Assembly: GCA_965215105.1 (NCBI GenBank)
Contig: OZ244051.1
Coordinates: forward strand, 5,073,003-5,137,002
Source of the DNA: Vicinamibacterales bacterium
GTDB taxonomy: Bacteria > Acidobacteriota > Vicinamibacteria > Vicinamibacterales > UBA8438
Reading direction: 5' to 3'
Length of the DNA: 64,000 nt
This document shows, in pieces, positions 29,191 through 40,219 of this stretch (position 1 is its first letter; every line of letters begins with the position of its first letter). The notes beneath the pieces were generated by a model. It had not been told where the DNA came from. It made no database searches and worked only from the letters and a program-made list of their open reading frames with translations. Made by a program: the position numbers and the translations under genes.

Positions 29191-29230
29191 ATTCCTGCAA
29201 TCTGGGAATCGATTCCCAGATTGCAGGAAT
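29191..29230. repeat. Perfect 40-bp palindrome with no spacer
   Basis: ATTCCTGCAATCTGGGAATC followed immediately by its reverse complement GATTCCCAGATTGCAGGAAT. Confidence 0.95.
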
Positions 29231-29406
29231 GCGACCGCGCGTCTGCGGGGTGAAGCACCGCTCGCGGTCGCCGCTGGCCGTCCGGGCGTTGGTCTGCCTT
29301 CCGAGGCCAGGGCCGCCGGGTGGTGGTCGCATGGCTCACCTGCACCTGAAAAACGCCCAGACTGCAAGCACGACGTATTGAGGGCGACCGGGGACTGCGA
29401 TTCCTC

Positions 29407-30885
29407 TCACGATGTGGCTCGGAGCGGGAGTTCCTGCGCGGGCGTGGGGCTGGGATCGAGGCGGCTCACCGCGACGCAGACGGCGACGTTGACGAGCAGC
29501 GCGACCACCCCCGCGTGGACGTTCCACGGCTCGGGATGTCCGGCCGCGAGGAGGCCGCCGTATACGAGAGTTCCGGTGATCATGCCGGCCAGGGTGGCCC
29601 GGGTGGTGAGCCGGTCCCAGCTCACGCCGAGGATGAAGAGGGGGGCGACCTGGGCGAGGATCTCCATCTTGAGCTCGGTGAGGCCCCACAGGGTGATGCG
29701 CGGGTCGAGGGCGATGGCGACGAGGCCGGCCACGAGCACCCACGACACGAGCTTGCCGGCCCGCGTGAGGCGCGCCTCGTCGGCCCCGCGCAGCACCGTC
29801 GTGCCCAGCACGTCCTTGGCGAGCATCGACGACAGGCTCAGCAGCACCGAGTCGGCCGTCGACATGATGGCGCTGACCACCGCGACGATGACGATCAGGC
29901 TGAGCATGTAGAGCAGCGGCGAGCTCGATCCCCACTCGGTGACGAGGAGCGGCAGCACCTGGTCGCCCGCGACGGGTCCGGCCGCGGCCAGCCGCTCGAT
30001 GGCGAGGACGCCCACGAGGAAGACGGGCCCGGTGGTGACCATCGGCAGGAACACCATGATGCCGAACGAGCGGCGCAGGGCGGCGCTGTCGCGCGCGGCG
30101 TAGATGCGCTGTACGGCCTGCGGATAGACGGCGCCCGAGAAGCCGATGAGGGCGAGGGTGCTGAACCAGTTGCGGCAGACGTCCCAGCCGGGGACCGCGA
30201 CCTTCTCGGGGGCCTCGACCGCGAGCCACGCCGTCACGTCGGCCACGTGCGACGGGCCCGGCACCGCCGCGAGCAGCAGCCCCGTCAGGCCCGTCACCAG
30301 CATCAGCCCCTGCACGAGGTCGGTCCACGCGACCGCCCGCATGCCGCCGACGGTCTCGTAGACGAGCACCACGAGGGTCAGCAGCACGACCCCCGCCCAG
30401 TAGGGCACGGCGCCCCCGGAGAGGCCGGCGGTGATGTGGCCCATCGCCATGAGCTGCGCGAGCAGGTAGTTGGAGATGGCGGCGATGAGGAGCAGGTTGG
30501 CGAGGAGGGTGAGGGCGGGCGAGCGGAAGCGGTGGGCGAGCCAGTCGCCGGGGGTGACGAAGCGGTGCCGCCGGGCCAGCCGGTGGAGCCGCGGCGCGTA
30601 GAGCAGGTAGGCGACGATGATCGCCATCATGAACCCGACGCTCATCACCCACGAGAAGCCGAGGCGGTACGCCTCGCCGGGATAGCCGATGAGGGTGTTG
30701 CCGCTGTACTGGGTCGCGTAGAGGGTCAGCAGCAGCACCGGGCCGGTGAGCTGCCGGCCCGCGAGGTAGAAGTCGGCTAGCGACTCGCCGGTGCGATGGC
30801 GGCGCGCGGCGTAGCCGACCCCGAGAATGGCGGTCAGGTAGAGCCCGACGGCCACGACCGCGCCGCCGCCCAGGGAGTCGGTCAT
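29407..30885 (-). CDS. Sodium:solute symporter (SSS family, PanF-like)
   Basis: 'DFYLAGRQL', '[14 protein letters not shown]', '[14 protein letters not shown]', 'SAIMSTADS'; about 13 TMs. Confidence 0.9.
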   Translation of the reverse strand: MTDSLGGGAVVAVGLYLTAILGVGYAARRHRTGESLADFYLAGRQLTGPVLLLTLYATQYSGNTLIGYPGEAYRLGFSWVMSVGFMMAIIVAYLLYAPRLHRLARRHRFVTPGDWLAHRFRSPALTLLANLLLIAAISNYLLAQLMAMGHITAGLSGGAVPYWAGVVLLTLVVLVYETVGGMRAVAWTDLVQGLMLVTGLTGLLLAAVPGPSHVADVTAWLAVEAPEKVAVPGWDVCRNWFSTLALIGFSGAVYPQAVQRIYAARDSAALRRSFGIMVFLPMVTTGPVFLVGVLAIERLAAAGPVAGDQVLPLLVTEWGSSSPLLYMLSLIVIVAVVSAIMSTADSVLLSLSSMLAKDVLGTTVLRGADEARLTRAGKLVSWVLVAGLVAIALDPRITLWGLTELKMEILAQVAPLFILGVSWDRLTTRATLAGMITGTLVYGGLLAAGHPEPWNVHAGVVALLVNVAVCVAVSRLDPSPTPAQELPLRATS

Positions 30886-31118
30886 TCCTCGGGCCAGAGG
30901 CGGTGCACCACGAAGGCGGTGAAGACGGCGACTGCCGCCGTGGCCGAGAGCGAGATGACCACCCAGTGGGGCAGCCCGAGCCAGATGCGCAGCGGCGCGT
31001 CGGCCGGCAGGTACCAGGGGACCGATGCGCCGAAGAGCGCGAGGTAGACGGGCCAGATCCAGACGGGGAAGCCACTCCGCGGTTCGTCGGCCGTGGCGCG
31101 ACGCGGAACAGGGACCAT
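30882..31118 (-). CDS. Small two-TM accessory protein of the SSS transporter (DUF997/DUF3311-like)
   Basis: 'VPWYLP...[12 protein letters not shown]'; ATGA overlap with the symporter start. Confidence 0.75.
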   Translation of the reverse strand: MVPVPRRATADEPRSGFPVWIWPVYLALFGASVPWYLPADAPLRIWLGLPHWVVISLSATAAVAVFTAFVVHRLWPEE

Positions 31119-31226
31119 CGCCCGATCATCTGCGTCCGGCCGGGAGATATCAACCCTTCGCCCAGGGGTCGGCGGTGTGGTGATATGGTGTCGCCTTCGA
31201 CCGATCTCTCGCAGGAGGAGTGCTCC

Positions 31227-33890
31227 ATGTCCGTGACGCGACTCGGTACGTTGCGCGCCGTCGTCTTCTCGCTGGCGGCAGCTCTCGCGGTTCCCGGCGT
31301 GACGGCGGTGCAGGATCAGCCGCCGGAGCCGCCGCCGGAAGAAGAAGAGCAGGAGGAATCGGCGGAGGATGCCGAGGAGGAGTCGGAGTCCGAAGGCGAG
31401 CGTCCGCGGCGGGGGCGCGGTCGCGACGACGGCATCGAGCCCTACGACGAGGTGATCACCGACGAGGCGGAGACCGACGAGGGCGTGTTTCTCGTGCACC
31501 AGCTCGACGACAAGGTGTTCTACGAGATCCCGGTCGACGAGCTGGGCCGCGAGTTCCTCTGGGTCAGCCAGATCGAGCGCACCAGCGAGGGCGTGGGCTA
31601 CGGCGGGCAGGCGCTGGGGAGCCGGGTCGTCAAGTGGGAGCGCCGCGGCGACCGGGTGCTGCTGAAGAGCGTGTCCTACGCCATCGTCGCCGACGAGTCG
31701 CGGCCCATCGCGCGGGCGGTCGAGGCTGCCATCAACGACACCATCCTGCGCGCGTTCGACATCGAGGCGCTGTCCGAGGCAGGGGCGCCGGTGATCGACG
31801 TCACCGCGCTCTTCAACACCGAGGTGCCCGAGTTCAGCGCGCGGTCGCGGCTGCAGGCGCGCGGGTTCGCGCGCGACCGGTCGTTCGTCGAGTCGGTGGT
31901 GTCGTACCCGCGCAACATCGAGGTGCGCGCCACCCATACCTACACGGCGCCGCCCGCGTCCACGTCGGGCAACCGGCCGAGGGTGGTGTTCCGCCGCGGC
32001 ATGCGGCCGGGCAGCGCCACGGTGGTGCTGCACTACAGCATGGTCAGGCTGCCCGACGAGCCGATGATGCCGCGGCTCTTCGACGAGCGGGTCGGCTACT
32101 TCTCGGTGCGGCAGATCGACTACGGCCGCGACGAGCACCGCTCGCCGCGCCGGCGCTACATCACGCGCTGGCGGCTCGAGAAGCGGCAGCCGGACCAGGC
32201 GCTGTCCGATCCGGTCACGCCGATCACGTTCTGGATCGACCCGGCGACGCCCGCCAAGTGGGTGCCCTACATGAAGCAGGGTGTCGAGGCGTGGCGGCCG
32301 GCGTTCGAGGAGGCGGGGTTCAGCAACGCGATCGTCGCGCGCGAGGCGCCGTCGGCCGAGGAGGACCCCGACTGGAGCGCCGAGGACGCCCGCTACTCGG
32401 TCATCCGCTGGCTGCCGTCGACGGTCGAGAACGCCTCCGGCCCCCACGTGAACGACCCGCGCACGGGGGAGATCCTGGAGGCGGACATCCAGTTCCACCA
32501 CAACGTCATGAACCTGCTGCGCGACTGGTACTTCGTGCAGGTGGGGCCGCTCGACCCGCGCGCGCGCACGCTGCCCCTGCCCGACGACCTGATGGGCGAT
32601 CTGCTCGCCTACGTGGTGGCCCACGAGGTGGGCCACACCCTCGGCTTCCAGCACAACATGAAGGCGAGCTCGCTCTACCCGCACGAGCGGGTGCGCGACC
32701 CCGAGTGGGTGCGCACGATGAGCCACACGCCGACCCTGATGGACTACGCGCGCTTCAACTACGTCGCGCAGCCCGAGGACGGCATCGCCCCCGAGGACCT
32801 GATTCCCAAGATCGGCCCCTACGACAAGTGGGCCACCCGCTGGGGCTACGCGCCCATCGCGGGGGCGGAGACCCCCGACGACGAGCGGGCGACCCTCGAC
32901 GCGTGGGCGCGCGAGCAGGACGAGACGGTGTGGCTCCGCTTCTCGACCCCCGACGCGCGCGGCGCCGACCCCGGCCAGTTGACGGAGGCGGTGGGCGACG
33001 CCGACGCGGTGGCGTCGACGGCGCTGGGGCTGAAGAACCTCGAGCGCGTCGCCGCGATGCTGCTCGACGCGACCGCCGCGCCGGGCGAGCCCTACGACGA
33101 CCTCGACGAGCTGTACGCGCGGCTCGTCGGGCAGTGGACCCTCGAGATGAACCACGTCGCCGCGGTGGTGGGCGGGGTCTCGTCGCACCAGAAGCATCAC
33201 GGGCAGGAGGGGGTGCGGTTCTCGACCCTGCCGCGGGACGTGCAGGCGAAGGCGGTGGCGTTCCTGAACGACCACGCGTTCATGCCGCCGACGTTCCTGA
33301 CCGACCCCGAGATCCTGCGCCGCATCGAGCCGGTGGGGGTGCTCGACCGGATCCGGATAAGCCAGACCCGGGTGCTCGGCACCCTGCTGTCGGCGGCCCG
33401 GTTGGCCCGGCTCGTCGAGCAGGAGGTGATCGACGGCGACGCCGCCTATCCCGCCACCGAGTTCCTGGCCGACGTGCGCGGCGGCGTCTGGAGCGAGCTG
33501 GACGAGCCGGAGGTCGGCGTCGACGCCTATCGCCGGAACATCCAGCGGGCGTACCTCGACCTGGTCGAGGGGCGGCTCGGGGGCCCGTCGCAGGCCAACG
33601 GCGACGCGGGGCCGTTCCTGCGCGGCGAGCTGCGCGCGCTCGACGCCTCGGCCCTCCTCGCCCTGGACCGGACGTCGGACCGCGCGACCCGGCTCCACCT
33701 GGAGGACGTGCGGCATCGGATCGCGCGGACGCTGGATCCCTCGGCCGGCTCGGCCGCGGCTGTGCGCGGCAGGCCGGCGTTCGCGGATGGTGCGTTCCAG
33801 CTCGTCGACACCGACTTCGACCCGTGGGGCTCGCCGGCCGGCGACTTCGAGCGGTGCTGGCCTGACTATGCGATTCGCCTCGCTCCGTGA
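31227..33890 (+). CDS. Secreted zinc-dependent metalloprotease (DUF5117/DUF5118/EcxA-like metzincin)
   Basis: AGGAGG RBS, signal peptide, '[12 protein letters not shown]', Met-turn 'LMDY', '[12 protein letters not shown]'. Confidence 0.9.
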   Translation: MSVTRLGTLRAVVFSLAAALAVPGVTAVQDQPPEPPPEEEEQEESAEDAEEESESEGERPRRGRGRDDGIEPYDEVITDEAETDEGVFLVHQLDDKVFYEIPVDELGREFLWVSQIERTSEGVGYGGQALGSRVVKWERRGDRVLLKSVSYAIVADESRPIARAVEAAINDTILRAFDIEALSEAGAPVIDVTALFNTEVPEFSARSRLQARGFARDRSFVESVVSYPRNIEVRATHTYTAPPASTSGNRPRVVFRRGMRPGSATVVLHYSMVRLPDEPMMPRLFDERVGYFSVRQIDYGRDEHRSPRRRYITRWRLEKRQPDQALSDPVTPITFWIDPATPAKWVPYMKQGVEAWRPAFEEAGFSNAIVAREAPSAEEDPDWSAEDARYSVIRWLPSTVENASGPHVNDPRTGEILEADIQFHHNVMNLLRDWYFVQVGPLDPRARTLPLPDDLMGDLLAYVVAHEVGHTLGFQHNMKASSLYPHERVRDPEWVRTMSHTPTLMDYARFNYVAQPEDGIAPEDLIPKIGPYDKWATRWGYAPIAGAETPDDERATLDAWAREQDETVWLRFSTPDARGADPGQLTEAVGDADAVASTALGLKNLERVAAMLLDATAAPGEPYDDLDELYARLVGQWTLEMNHVAAVVGGVSSHQKHHGQEGVRFSTLPRDVQAKAVAFLNDHAFMPPTFLTDPEILRRIEPVGVLDRIRISQTRVLGTLLSAARLARLVEQEVIDGDAAYPATEFLADVRGGVWSELDEPEVGVDAYRRNIQRAYLDLVEGRLGGPSQANGDAGPFLRGELRALDASALLALDRTSDRATRLHLEDVRHRIARTLDPSAGSAAAVRGRPAFADGAFQLVDTDFDPWGSPAGDFERCWPDYAIRLAP

Positions 33891-34093
33891 GACCGGGAGC
33901 CCGCGAAGAGACCCGCACTACCCCGAGGCCCGCGAGGGCACCGGCGGCCCGAAGACCGCCGGTGCCTGACGAGGCCCGGCGAGGGGGCCCAACGGCCCCC
34001 GCCGACCCCCCCTTGCGCCGACGCCCCGACCGATCCCGCCGCGACCTGCGCCTCGCTTCCGCGCCGCAGACTCCCGGCCCCGGAGAACCCGTC

Positions 34094-34825
34094 ATGGAAT
34101 GGCTGTTCAACCCCGAGATCTGGATCGCCCTGGTCACCCTCACCGTCCTCGAGGTCGTCCTCGGCGTCGACAACGTCATCTTCATCTCGATCCTGTCCGA
34201 CAAGCTGCCGCACCACCAGCAGAAGCTGGCGCGGCGGGTCGGCCTGGGGCTGGCCATGCTCTCCCGCATCGTCCTGCTGATGTCGCTGAGCTGGATCATC
34301 GGGTTGACCGAGCCGCTGTTCGCGGTGTTCGGCCGCGAGGTGTCCGGCCGCGACCTGACCCTGCTCGGGGGCGGCCTGTTCCTGCTCGCGAAGTCGACCT
34401 ACGAGATTCACGAGAGCCTGGAGGGGGACGAGGGGCACCGATCGCGGAAGACGGCGACGTTCGCCGGGGTCATCATGCAGATCCTGGTCCTCGACGTCGT
34501 CTTCTCGCTCGACTCGGTGATCACCGCGGTGGGCATGGTGGACCAACTCGGGGTGATGGTGGCGGCCATCATGATCGCGGTCGTCATCATGCTGATCTCG
34601 GCCGAGGCGATCAGCGCGTTCGTCAACGAGCGGCCGACGGTGAAGATCCTGGCGCTGAGCTTCCTGCTGCTGGTGGGGTTCTCGCTGGTGGCGGAGGGGT
34701 TCCACCAGGAGATTCCGAAAGGCTATCTCTACTTCGCGATGGCGTTCTCGGTCTTCGTCGAGCTGATCAACCAGCGCATCCGCCACGTGACGCCGGTGCA
34801 CCTGAAGAAGCCGATCACGTCGTGA
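34094..34825 (+). CDS. TerC family membrane protein
   Basis: 'LEVVLGVDNVIFISI', 'GGLFLLAKSTYEI', 'DVVFSLDSVITAVG', 'IPKGYLYFAMAFS'. Confidence 0.92.
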   Translation: MEWLFNPEIWIALVTLTVLEVVLGVDNVIFISILSDKLPHHQQKLARRVGLGLAMLSRIVLLMSLSWIIGLTEPLFAVFGREVSGRDLTLLGGGLFLLAKSTYEIHESLEGDEGHRSRKTATFAGVIMQILVLDVVFSLDSVITAVGMVDQLGVMVAAIMIAVVIMLISAEAISAFVNERPTVKILALSFLLLVGFSLVAEGFHQEIPKGYLYFAMAFSVFVELINQRIRHVTPVHLKKPITS

Positions 34826-35618
34826 GCCACCACGCGGCGGCGCCGACCGCGAGCCCGACGATGGTGTCGGCGGCGTAGTGGTAGCGCCCCACCACGGTCG
34901 AGAGGGCGACGGCGCCGGCCGCCGCGTGGAGAGGCAGGACCAGGGCGGGCATCAGCTCGCCGGCGGCGAGGGCGGCGGCGATGGCGGTGGCGGCGTGGCC
35001 GCTCGGAAAGGTGTTGACCTGCACCGACGCGCGCTCGAGCACGGCGCGGTTGAGCCGCCGCAGGGCGAGCCCGCGCTGGTCCATCGAACTCGGCGGCTCG
35101 ATGGACCGCGGCGGCCGGGTCTGAATCCACGGCAGCAGGCCGTAGCACGCGAACGCGGCGAGGAGGACCGGCGTCCAGTAGGCGTCCGCCTCTCCCCGCA
35201 GCCCGGCCCCGTGGATCAGGGCGAAGGCGGCGGGGACGAACGGGTACGCGCCCAGGTACGCCAGCTCCAGCAGCTCGAGGACCGGGGCCGGTGTCCGCCC
35301 AACCACCGCGTCCATCCGCAACGCCCCGAGCAGGCGCCCGTCGAGCCGCAGCAGCCGGTCCTCGACCGCCGCCATGGGCCGCCGGAAGAAGAGCCCGCTC
35401 ATCCAGTAGCCCTGCAGCAGGTAGATGCAGGGCACCCAGTCGCGCGCGATCCGCATCGGAAGCTGCAGCCGGAGCTGGGAGAGCACGATCACCAGCCCGA
35501 TGCAGGCCAGCCCCACCGCCAGCACCCGGTTGCGGCGGGTCCCCGACAGCGGCTGGACGCGGGCGAGGACAATGAGATAGGCGAAGAAGCCGCAGACGAT
35601 CCACTCGCTGGCGCGCAC
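34815..35618 (-). CDS. PAP2 family membrane phosphatase/phosphotransferase
   Basis: 'TRPPR', 'NTFPSGH', 'GRYHYAAD'. GTG start at 35618 lies 6 nt after a -10-like CACGAT. Confidence 0.85.
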   Translation of the reverse strand: MRASEWIVCGFFAYLIVLARVQPLSGTRRNRVLAVGLACIGLVIVLSQLRLQLPMRIARDWVPCIYLLQGYWMSGLFFRRPMAAVEDRLLRLDGRLLGALRMDAVVGRTPAPVLELLELAYLGAYPFVPAAFALIHGAGLRGEADAYWTPVLLAAFACYGLLPWIQTRPPRSIEPPSSMDQRGLALRRLNRAVLERASVQVNTFPSGHAATAIAAALAAGELMPALVLPLHAAAGAVALSTVVGRYHYAADTIVGLAVGAAAWWLTT

Positions 35619-35622
35619 GGAT

Positions 35623-35657
35623 CCATCGTGGCAGTCCGGTGCGGGATATGCAAGCCG
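35623..35657 (-). repeat. 35-bp exact direct repeat, copy 1; a promoter-like sequence for the PAP2 gene
   Basis: CCATCGTGGCAGTCCGGTGCGGGATATGCAAGCCG; the minus strand reads TTGCAT-17bp-CACGAT. Confidence 0.9.
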
Positions 35658-35791
35658 TAGCGGCCGCGCAGCCTTGCGGCCGCGTTGGGAGTGGTACTCG
35701 GACGCGGTCCGGTGGGACGGCGCCCTTGTCTTGCACTTCGACAAGATTCCGTGCTAGCGTTGGTTCCTGTCGAAGTGAAAGGAGTGGAGGG

Positions 35792-36322
35792 ATGAAGAAG
35801 AGGGGAGCGACTTGCTGCCTGGCGGCGGTTGTGCTGACGGCGTCCACGGGGTGCGCCACGCTCGTCAACCCGTCCACGCAGCCGGTCACCATCGTGTCCG
35901 ACCCACCGGCGGCCGAGGTCCTGCTGGGGGCGGAGGCGGCGGGCCGGACGCCCACCGACGTCCGGTTGGACCGCGGTGACGGTGAAGCCGCGCTCCGGCT
36001 CCAGAAGGATGGTTATGCGCCGCAGGTGGTCCGGCCGCGACGGTCCCTCAGCCCCTGGCTGATCGGCAACATCGTGGTGCCGGCGCTGCTCAGCTCTACG
36101 CTCGACACGTTCGCCGGGTTGGCCGGATTGGGTTTCGCCTTCGACCTGTTCGTGTCCGGCGACGGGTTCGAGTATCCGGACACGGTGCGCACCCGGCTCA
36201 CGCCGTGGTCCGCACCGCCCGCACGCGACCGTTCCGAGCTCGACCCGCGGTTCGTTCCCGACCTCCGCTTGCGCGATACGGAGCGCGTGCGTCCCGAATC
36301 GCCCGTGTTTTCCGACGATTGA
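35792..36322 (+). CDS. PEGA-like domain lipoprotein
   Basis: GGAGG RBS, lipobox 'STGC', 'VTIVSDPPAAEV..GRTP..V.L...LQKDGY', 'WLIGNI'. Confidence 0.75.
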   Translation: MKKRGATCCLAAVVLTASTGCATLVNPSTQPVTIVSDPPAAEVLLGAEAAGRTPTDVRLDRGDGEAALRLQKDGYAPQVVRPRRSLSPWLIGNIVVPALLSSTLDTFAGLAGLGFAFDLFVSGDGFEYPDTVRTRLTPWSAPPARDRSELDPRFVPDLRLRDTERVRPESPVFSDD

Positions 36323-36333
36323 GAGGCGGGCCG

Positions 36334-36666
36334 ATGACAGCCGACCGTCTCGACCTGCCGCAGGGCACGCTGGAGCTGCTGATTCTCAAGACGCTGGCCC
36401 CGTGGCCGCGCCACGGCTGGGGGATCTCCGAGCGCATTCGACAGGTGTCGCGCGAGGCGCTGGAGATCCGTCAGGGATCGCTCTATCCGGCGTTGCACCG
36501 CCTGGAGCGGCGAGGCTGGATAGCCGCCTCGTGGGGGACGTCCGAGCACAACCGGCGCGCGAAGTACTACCGGTTGACGCCCAAGGGCCGCCGGCAGCTC
36601 GAGTCCGACGTCGAGGCGTGGCGCGCCCTCACGGCGGCGGTGGGCCACGTTCTCGACGCCCGGTAG
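36334..36666 (+). CDS. PadR family transcriptional regulator (acidobacterial type)
   Basis: 'LPQGTLELLILKTL', 'QGSLYPALHRLE', 'SEHNRRAKYYRLT'. Confidence 0.92.
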   Translation: MTADRLDLPQGTLELLILKTLAPWPRHGWGISERIRQVSREALEIRQGSLYPALHRLERRGWIAASWGTSEHNRRAKYYRLTPKGRRQLESDVEAWRALTAAVGHVLDAR

Positions 36667-36669
36667 CGC

Positions 36670-39395
36670 GTGGCTCCGATGCTGGACGATCTGCGCTTCC
36701 GTCTGCGCACCCTGTTCCGGCGGAACGACGTCGAGGACGACCTGGAAGACGAGATGCGCTTCCATCTCGAACGCGCCGCCGAGCAGCACCTGGCCCGCGG
36801 CCTGTCGCCACGGGAAGCGTACCGGCAGGCGCAACTCGCGTTCGGCCGGATCGACTTCGTCAAGGAGGACTGCCGCCGGAGCTGGGGAATCCATCAGCTC
36901 GATGGCCTTCGCCAGGACGGCACGTTCGCGCTGCGGCTGATTCGGAAGCACCCGGCGTTGTCGGCCATCTCGGCCATCTCGCTCGCCATCGGGATCGGCC
37001 TCAACACCGCCCTCTTCGCGCTGCTGGACGCCACGCTGCTGCGGCGGCTGCCGGTCGATCGACCGGAGCAGCTCGTCGACGTCTACACCAGCGAGATCGA
37101 TGGCTTCGCCTGGTACGGCAGCTCGTATCCGGACTATCTGGACCTGCGCCGCGGCGTGCGGGCGCTCAGCGGACTGGTGGGCTACGTGCCCGCGATGGGG
37201 GCGGTGCGAACCGGGGATCGGTCACGGGCGCTGCCCGTCGAGGCGGTGACGGGCAACTACTTTCAGGCGCTCGGCGTCCCGGCGGCTCACGGCCGGGTGT
37301 TGTTGCCGGACGACGACCGTCCCGGCGCGGCGCCGGTCGTGGTCGTCTCGTCGGCGTTCTGGTCCGCTGCTTTCGACCGCGACCCCGGCGCCATGGGACG
37401 GTCTCTCCGCATCGGCGGGCGACGGTACACCATCGTCGGTGTGGCGCCGGAGGGCTTCGCCGGCATGACCGCGCCGATCCTGACACCGGCATTCTGGACG
37501 CCGATGGCCTGGATCGACGACGTCCAGCCGGCGGTGTTGCACACCGGATCGTCCGCCTCGGACGTCTCCATACTCGAGAATCGCGGACGGCGCTGGATGC
37601 TGTTGAAGGGACGACTTCGCGAAGGCGAAACCGCGGCCACCGCCGCCGCCGATCTGAACCGCGTGATGCAGGCGTTGGCAGCGGAGTACCCCGATTCGAA
37701 CGAAGGATTCCGCGCGACGTTGATCCCGACCCGCGACGTGGCGACCCACCCCTTCTTCGAAGATCGCCTGCGCGCGGGGGCGGCCAGTCTGTTCGTGCTG
37801 ATGGGGCTGGTGCTGCTGATCGCCTGTGCGAACGTTGCGGGGCTCCTGCTCGCGCGCGCCGCCGCGCGGCGGCGGGAGATCGGTCTGCGTCTCGCAATCG
37901 GGGCCGGGCGGGGACGGCTGCTGCGTCAACTGCTCGTCGAGAGCATCGTGCTGGCGCTGCTCGGGGCAGCGGGCGGTGTCGCGCTCGCCTGGGGGCTTCT
38001 CCAGGGTCTCGGCGCCGTTCGCGTGCCCCTGCTCCTTCCCATCGCGCTCGACCTTTCGTTGAACGGCCGCGTGCTGGGCATGTCGGCAGCCCTGGCGACA
38101 GGGGCCGGCATCGCGGCCGGCCTGCTGCCGGCGTGGATCGGCACGCGGACGAGCTTGCCGGGCGAGCTGGCGGGGAGCGAACCTGCATGGTCGATCCGCG
38201 GACGCCGTTGGAACCTGGGCCAGGCGCTGGTAGCACTCCAGATCGCCGTCAGCGTCGTGCTGCTCGTCATGGCCGGCCTGCTGGCGCGGAATCTGCGGGC
38301 GTTCAGCCGCATCGAACCCGGTTTTCCGGCGCCGACCATCGCCTCGGTCACCGTCGCCCTGGAACTGATCGGTTACGACGAAGACGAGGCCGCGCAGTTC
38401 TTCGAGCGGGCACGGGAGCGGGTGCGGGCCCTGCCGGGCGTACAGGCGGTCGCCCGTACGAGCCGCGCGCCGCTCGCCATCAACTTCAACCAGGACCCCA
38501 TCGGCCCGGCCGATGGGCAGGCGGCGAATGCGGGAGCCCTTGCTGTCGAGACGGTGACCGTCGGCGAGAGGTACTTCGACGCGCTCGGCGTGCCGATCCT
38601 CGAAGGACGGCGGTTCGACGACGCTGTCGATACGCCCCGGGCGCCGCGGGTGGCGTCAACCAGGCGCTCGCCCGTCGGCTGTGGCCAGGTGTGAGCGCCG
38701 TCGGTCGGCGCCTTCGACCGGGAGGCGCGGACAGCACCCGGCCGGCGGTGGAGGTCGTCGGCGTCGTCCGTGACTACAAGATCCGGTTTCTCCAGGAGCC
38801 GCCCACGCCGTACGTCCACTACGCGGCGTCGCAGCGTCCCGCCGATGTGGTGACCGCGGCGGTGCTGCTTGCGCGCACGGAGGGCGACCCCGCCACGCTG
38901 GGCGCGGCGATGCAGCGGGAGCTGCGCGGACTCGATCCCGAAGTCGTGTTCTATGAAGGTTCGACCCTGCGCGACCACGTAGCGTCGCAGTTGCTGCCCG
39001 CGCGCCTCCTCGCGGCCATTCTCGGCGCGGCGGGCCTGGTCGCCGTCTGGCTTGCCGCCGTCGGCCTGTACGGCGTCATCGCCTACGCGATCGTGCGGCG
39101 AACCCGGGAGATCGGAATCCGCATGGCGCTGGGCGCGACGCGCCGCGATGTGCTCGGGTTCGTCGTCCGCCAGTGCGCCGTCGTCGTGGGTGTCGGTGCC
39201 GTGCTCGGTTCGGTGTCGGCCTTCGTGGCGGCCCGCGCGACGGCCGGCGTGCTGTTCTTCGGCATCGACGCGACGGACGCGCTGGCCTGGGGTGGGGCGA
39301 TCGTCGTGTTGATCGCCGTCGGGGTGGTTGCGCACCTCGCCCCGGCGCTGCGCGCCGTCGGCGTGGCTCCGTCGGTGGCGCTGCGCTTGGAATGA
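36670..39395 (+). pseudogene. ADOP-family (MacB/FtsX-like duplicated) permease with an internal frameshift
   Basis: 'EMRFHLE', 'LAIGIGLNTALF', 'LLIACANVAGLLLAR..RRREIGLRLAIGA'. The frame breaks at about 38655 (gtggcgtcaac, where VAVVNQ is expected) and resumes as 'NQALARRLWPG...RTREIGIRMALGA...ALRLE*'. Confidence 0.85.
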
Positions 39396-39413
39396 GCCGG
39401 TCGAGGAGGGTCC

Positions 39414-39965
39414 ATGAACGGCTTCCGAACGAGTACATCGACTGTGATTCTCGTCTGCATGCTCGCCGCCGCCTGCGGCGACGGCTCGTCGACGGTCGTC
39501 GGCCCGACGCCGACGACGACGGCGCATGTCGGCGGCGCATGGCGCGGGGCCGCCGTCGTCACGAGCGTCGACGGCGGAGGGTGCGTCGGAAACGGGCTGG
39601 CCGCCCAGATCGGCGGCGGCGACGGCAGTCCCCTCGAGGCCGCCATCGACCAGACCGACACGAGGCTTGCGGTTACGATTACGAATGGCGTGAACCAGGA
39701 ACGGTGCGCCTACGAGGGCACGATTTCCGGCGATTCAATCACTGCCTCGATGACGAGTTGCACCCCCCGGGTGCTTGCGATCGGCCCCGCGTGCGCACCC
39801 GCGGGAGACCTCCGCGAGTGGACGAAGGAGACGCTCTCGGTACAGTTCTCCGGAGCGGTCGACGGCGATGTGCTGACCGGGACCGCTTCAGAGACCGCCC
39901 GGGTCATGAGCGGCGACGAATCGCACGAGGTACACCTCGCCATCGAGTTGAGGTTGATGCGCTGA
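39414..39965 (+). CDS. Hypothetical lipoprotein
   Basis: GAGGAG RBS, lipobox 'AAAC', 'GPTP', beta-rich body with four further Cys. Confidence 0.75.
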   Translation: MNGFRTSTSTVILVCMLAAACGDGSSTVVGPTPTTTAHVGGAWRGAAVVTSVDGGGCVGNGLAAQIGGGDGSPLEAAIDQTDTRLAVTITNGVNQERCAYEGTISGDSITASMTSCTPRVLAIGPACAPAGDLREWTKETLSVQFSGAVDGDVLTGTASETARVMSGDESHEVHLAIELRLMR

Positions 39966-40117
39966 GCCGGCCGAGAGCCTGCGGCGGGGGAAGCGCCCCT
40001 CGGTGCTCGACGGGCTCGCGACGCCTGCGGGCGCAGACTCCGGGTGAGGAGAAGCAACGGTGGCCAGTGCGTCCGAGGTCGATGACCGGACGCTGCGCGC
40101 GAGTCCGGCGCATCGGC

Positions 40118-40152
40118 CCATCGTGGCAGTCCGGTGCGGGATATGCAAGCCG
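40118..40152 (-). repeat. 35-bp exact direct repeat, copy 2
   Basis: Identical to 35623-35657. Confidence 0.9.
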
Positions 40153-40219
40153 CGCGCTGACGCGAAACTCCTGTGGCGCAGGCGGCCACGCCCTGGCGAA
40201 CGGGAGGACCGCGGGCGGT

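Noticed and set aside
36402-39395. 997-aa ORF as an independent gene
   Set aside because: Only its last ~245 codons are meaningful; they are the frameshifted C-terminus of the ADOP permease.
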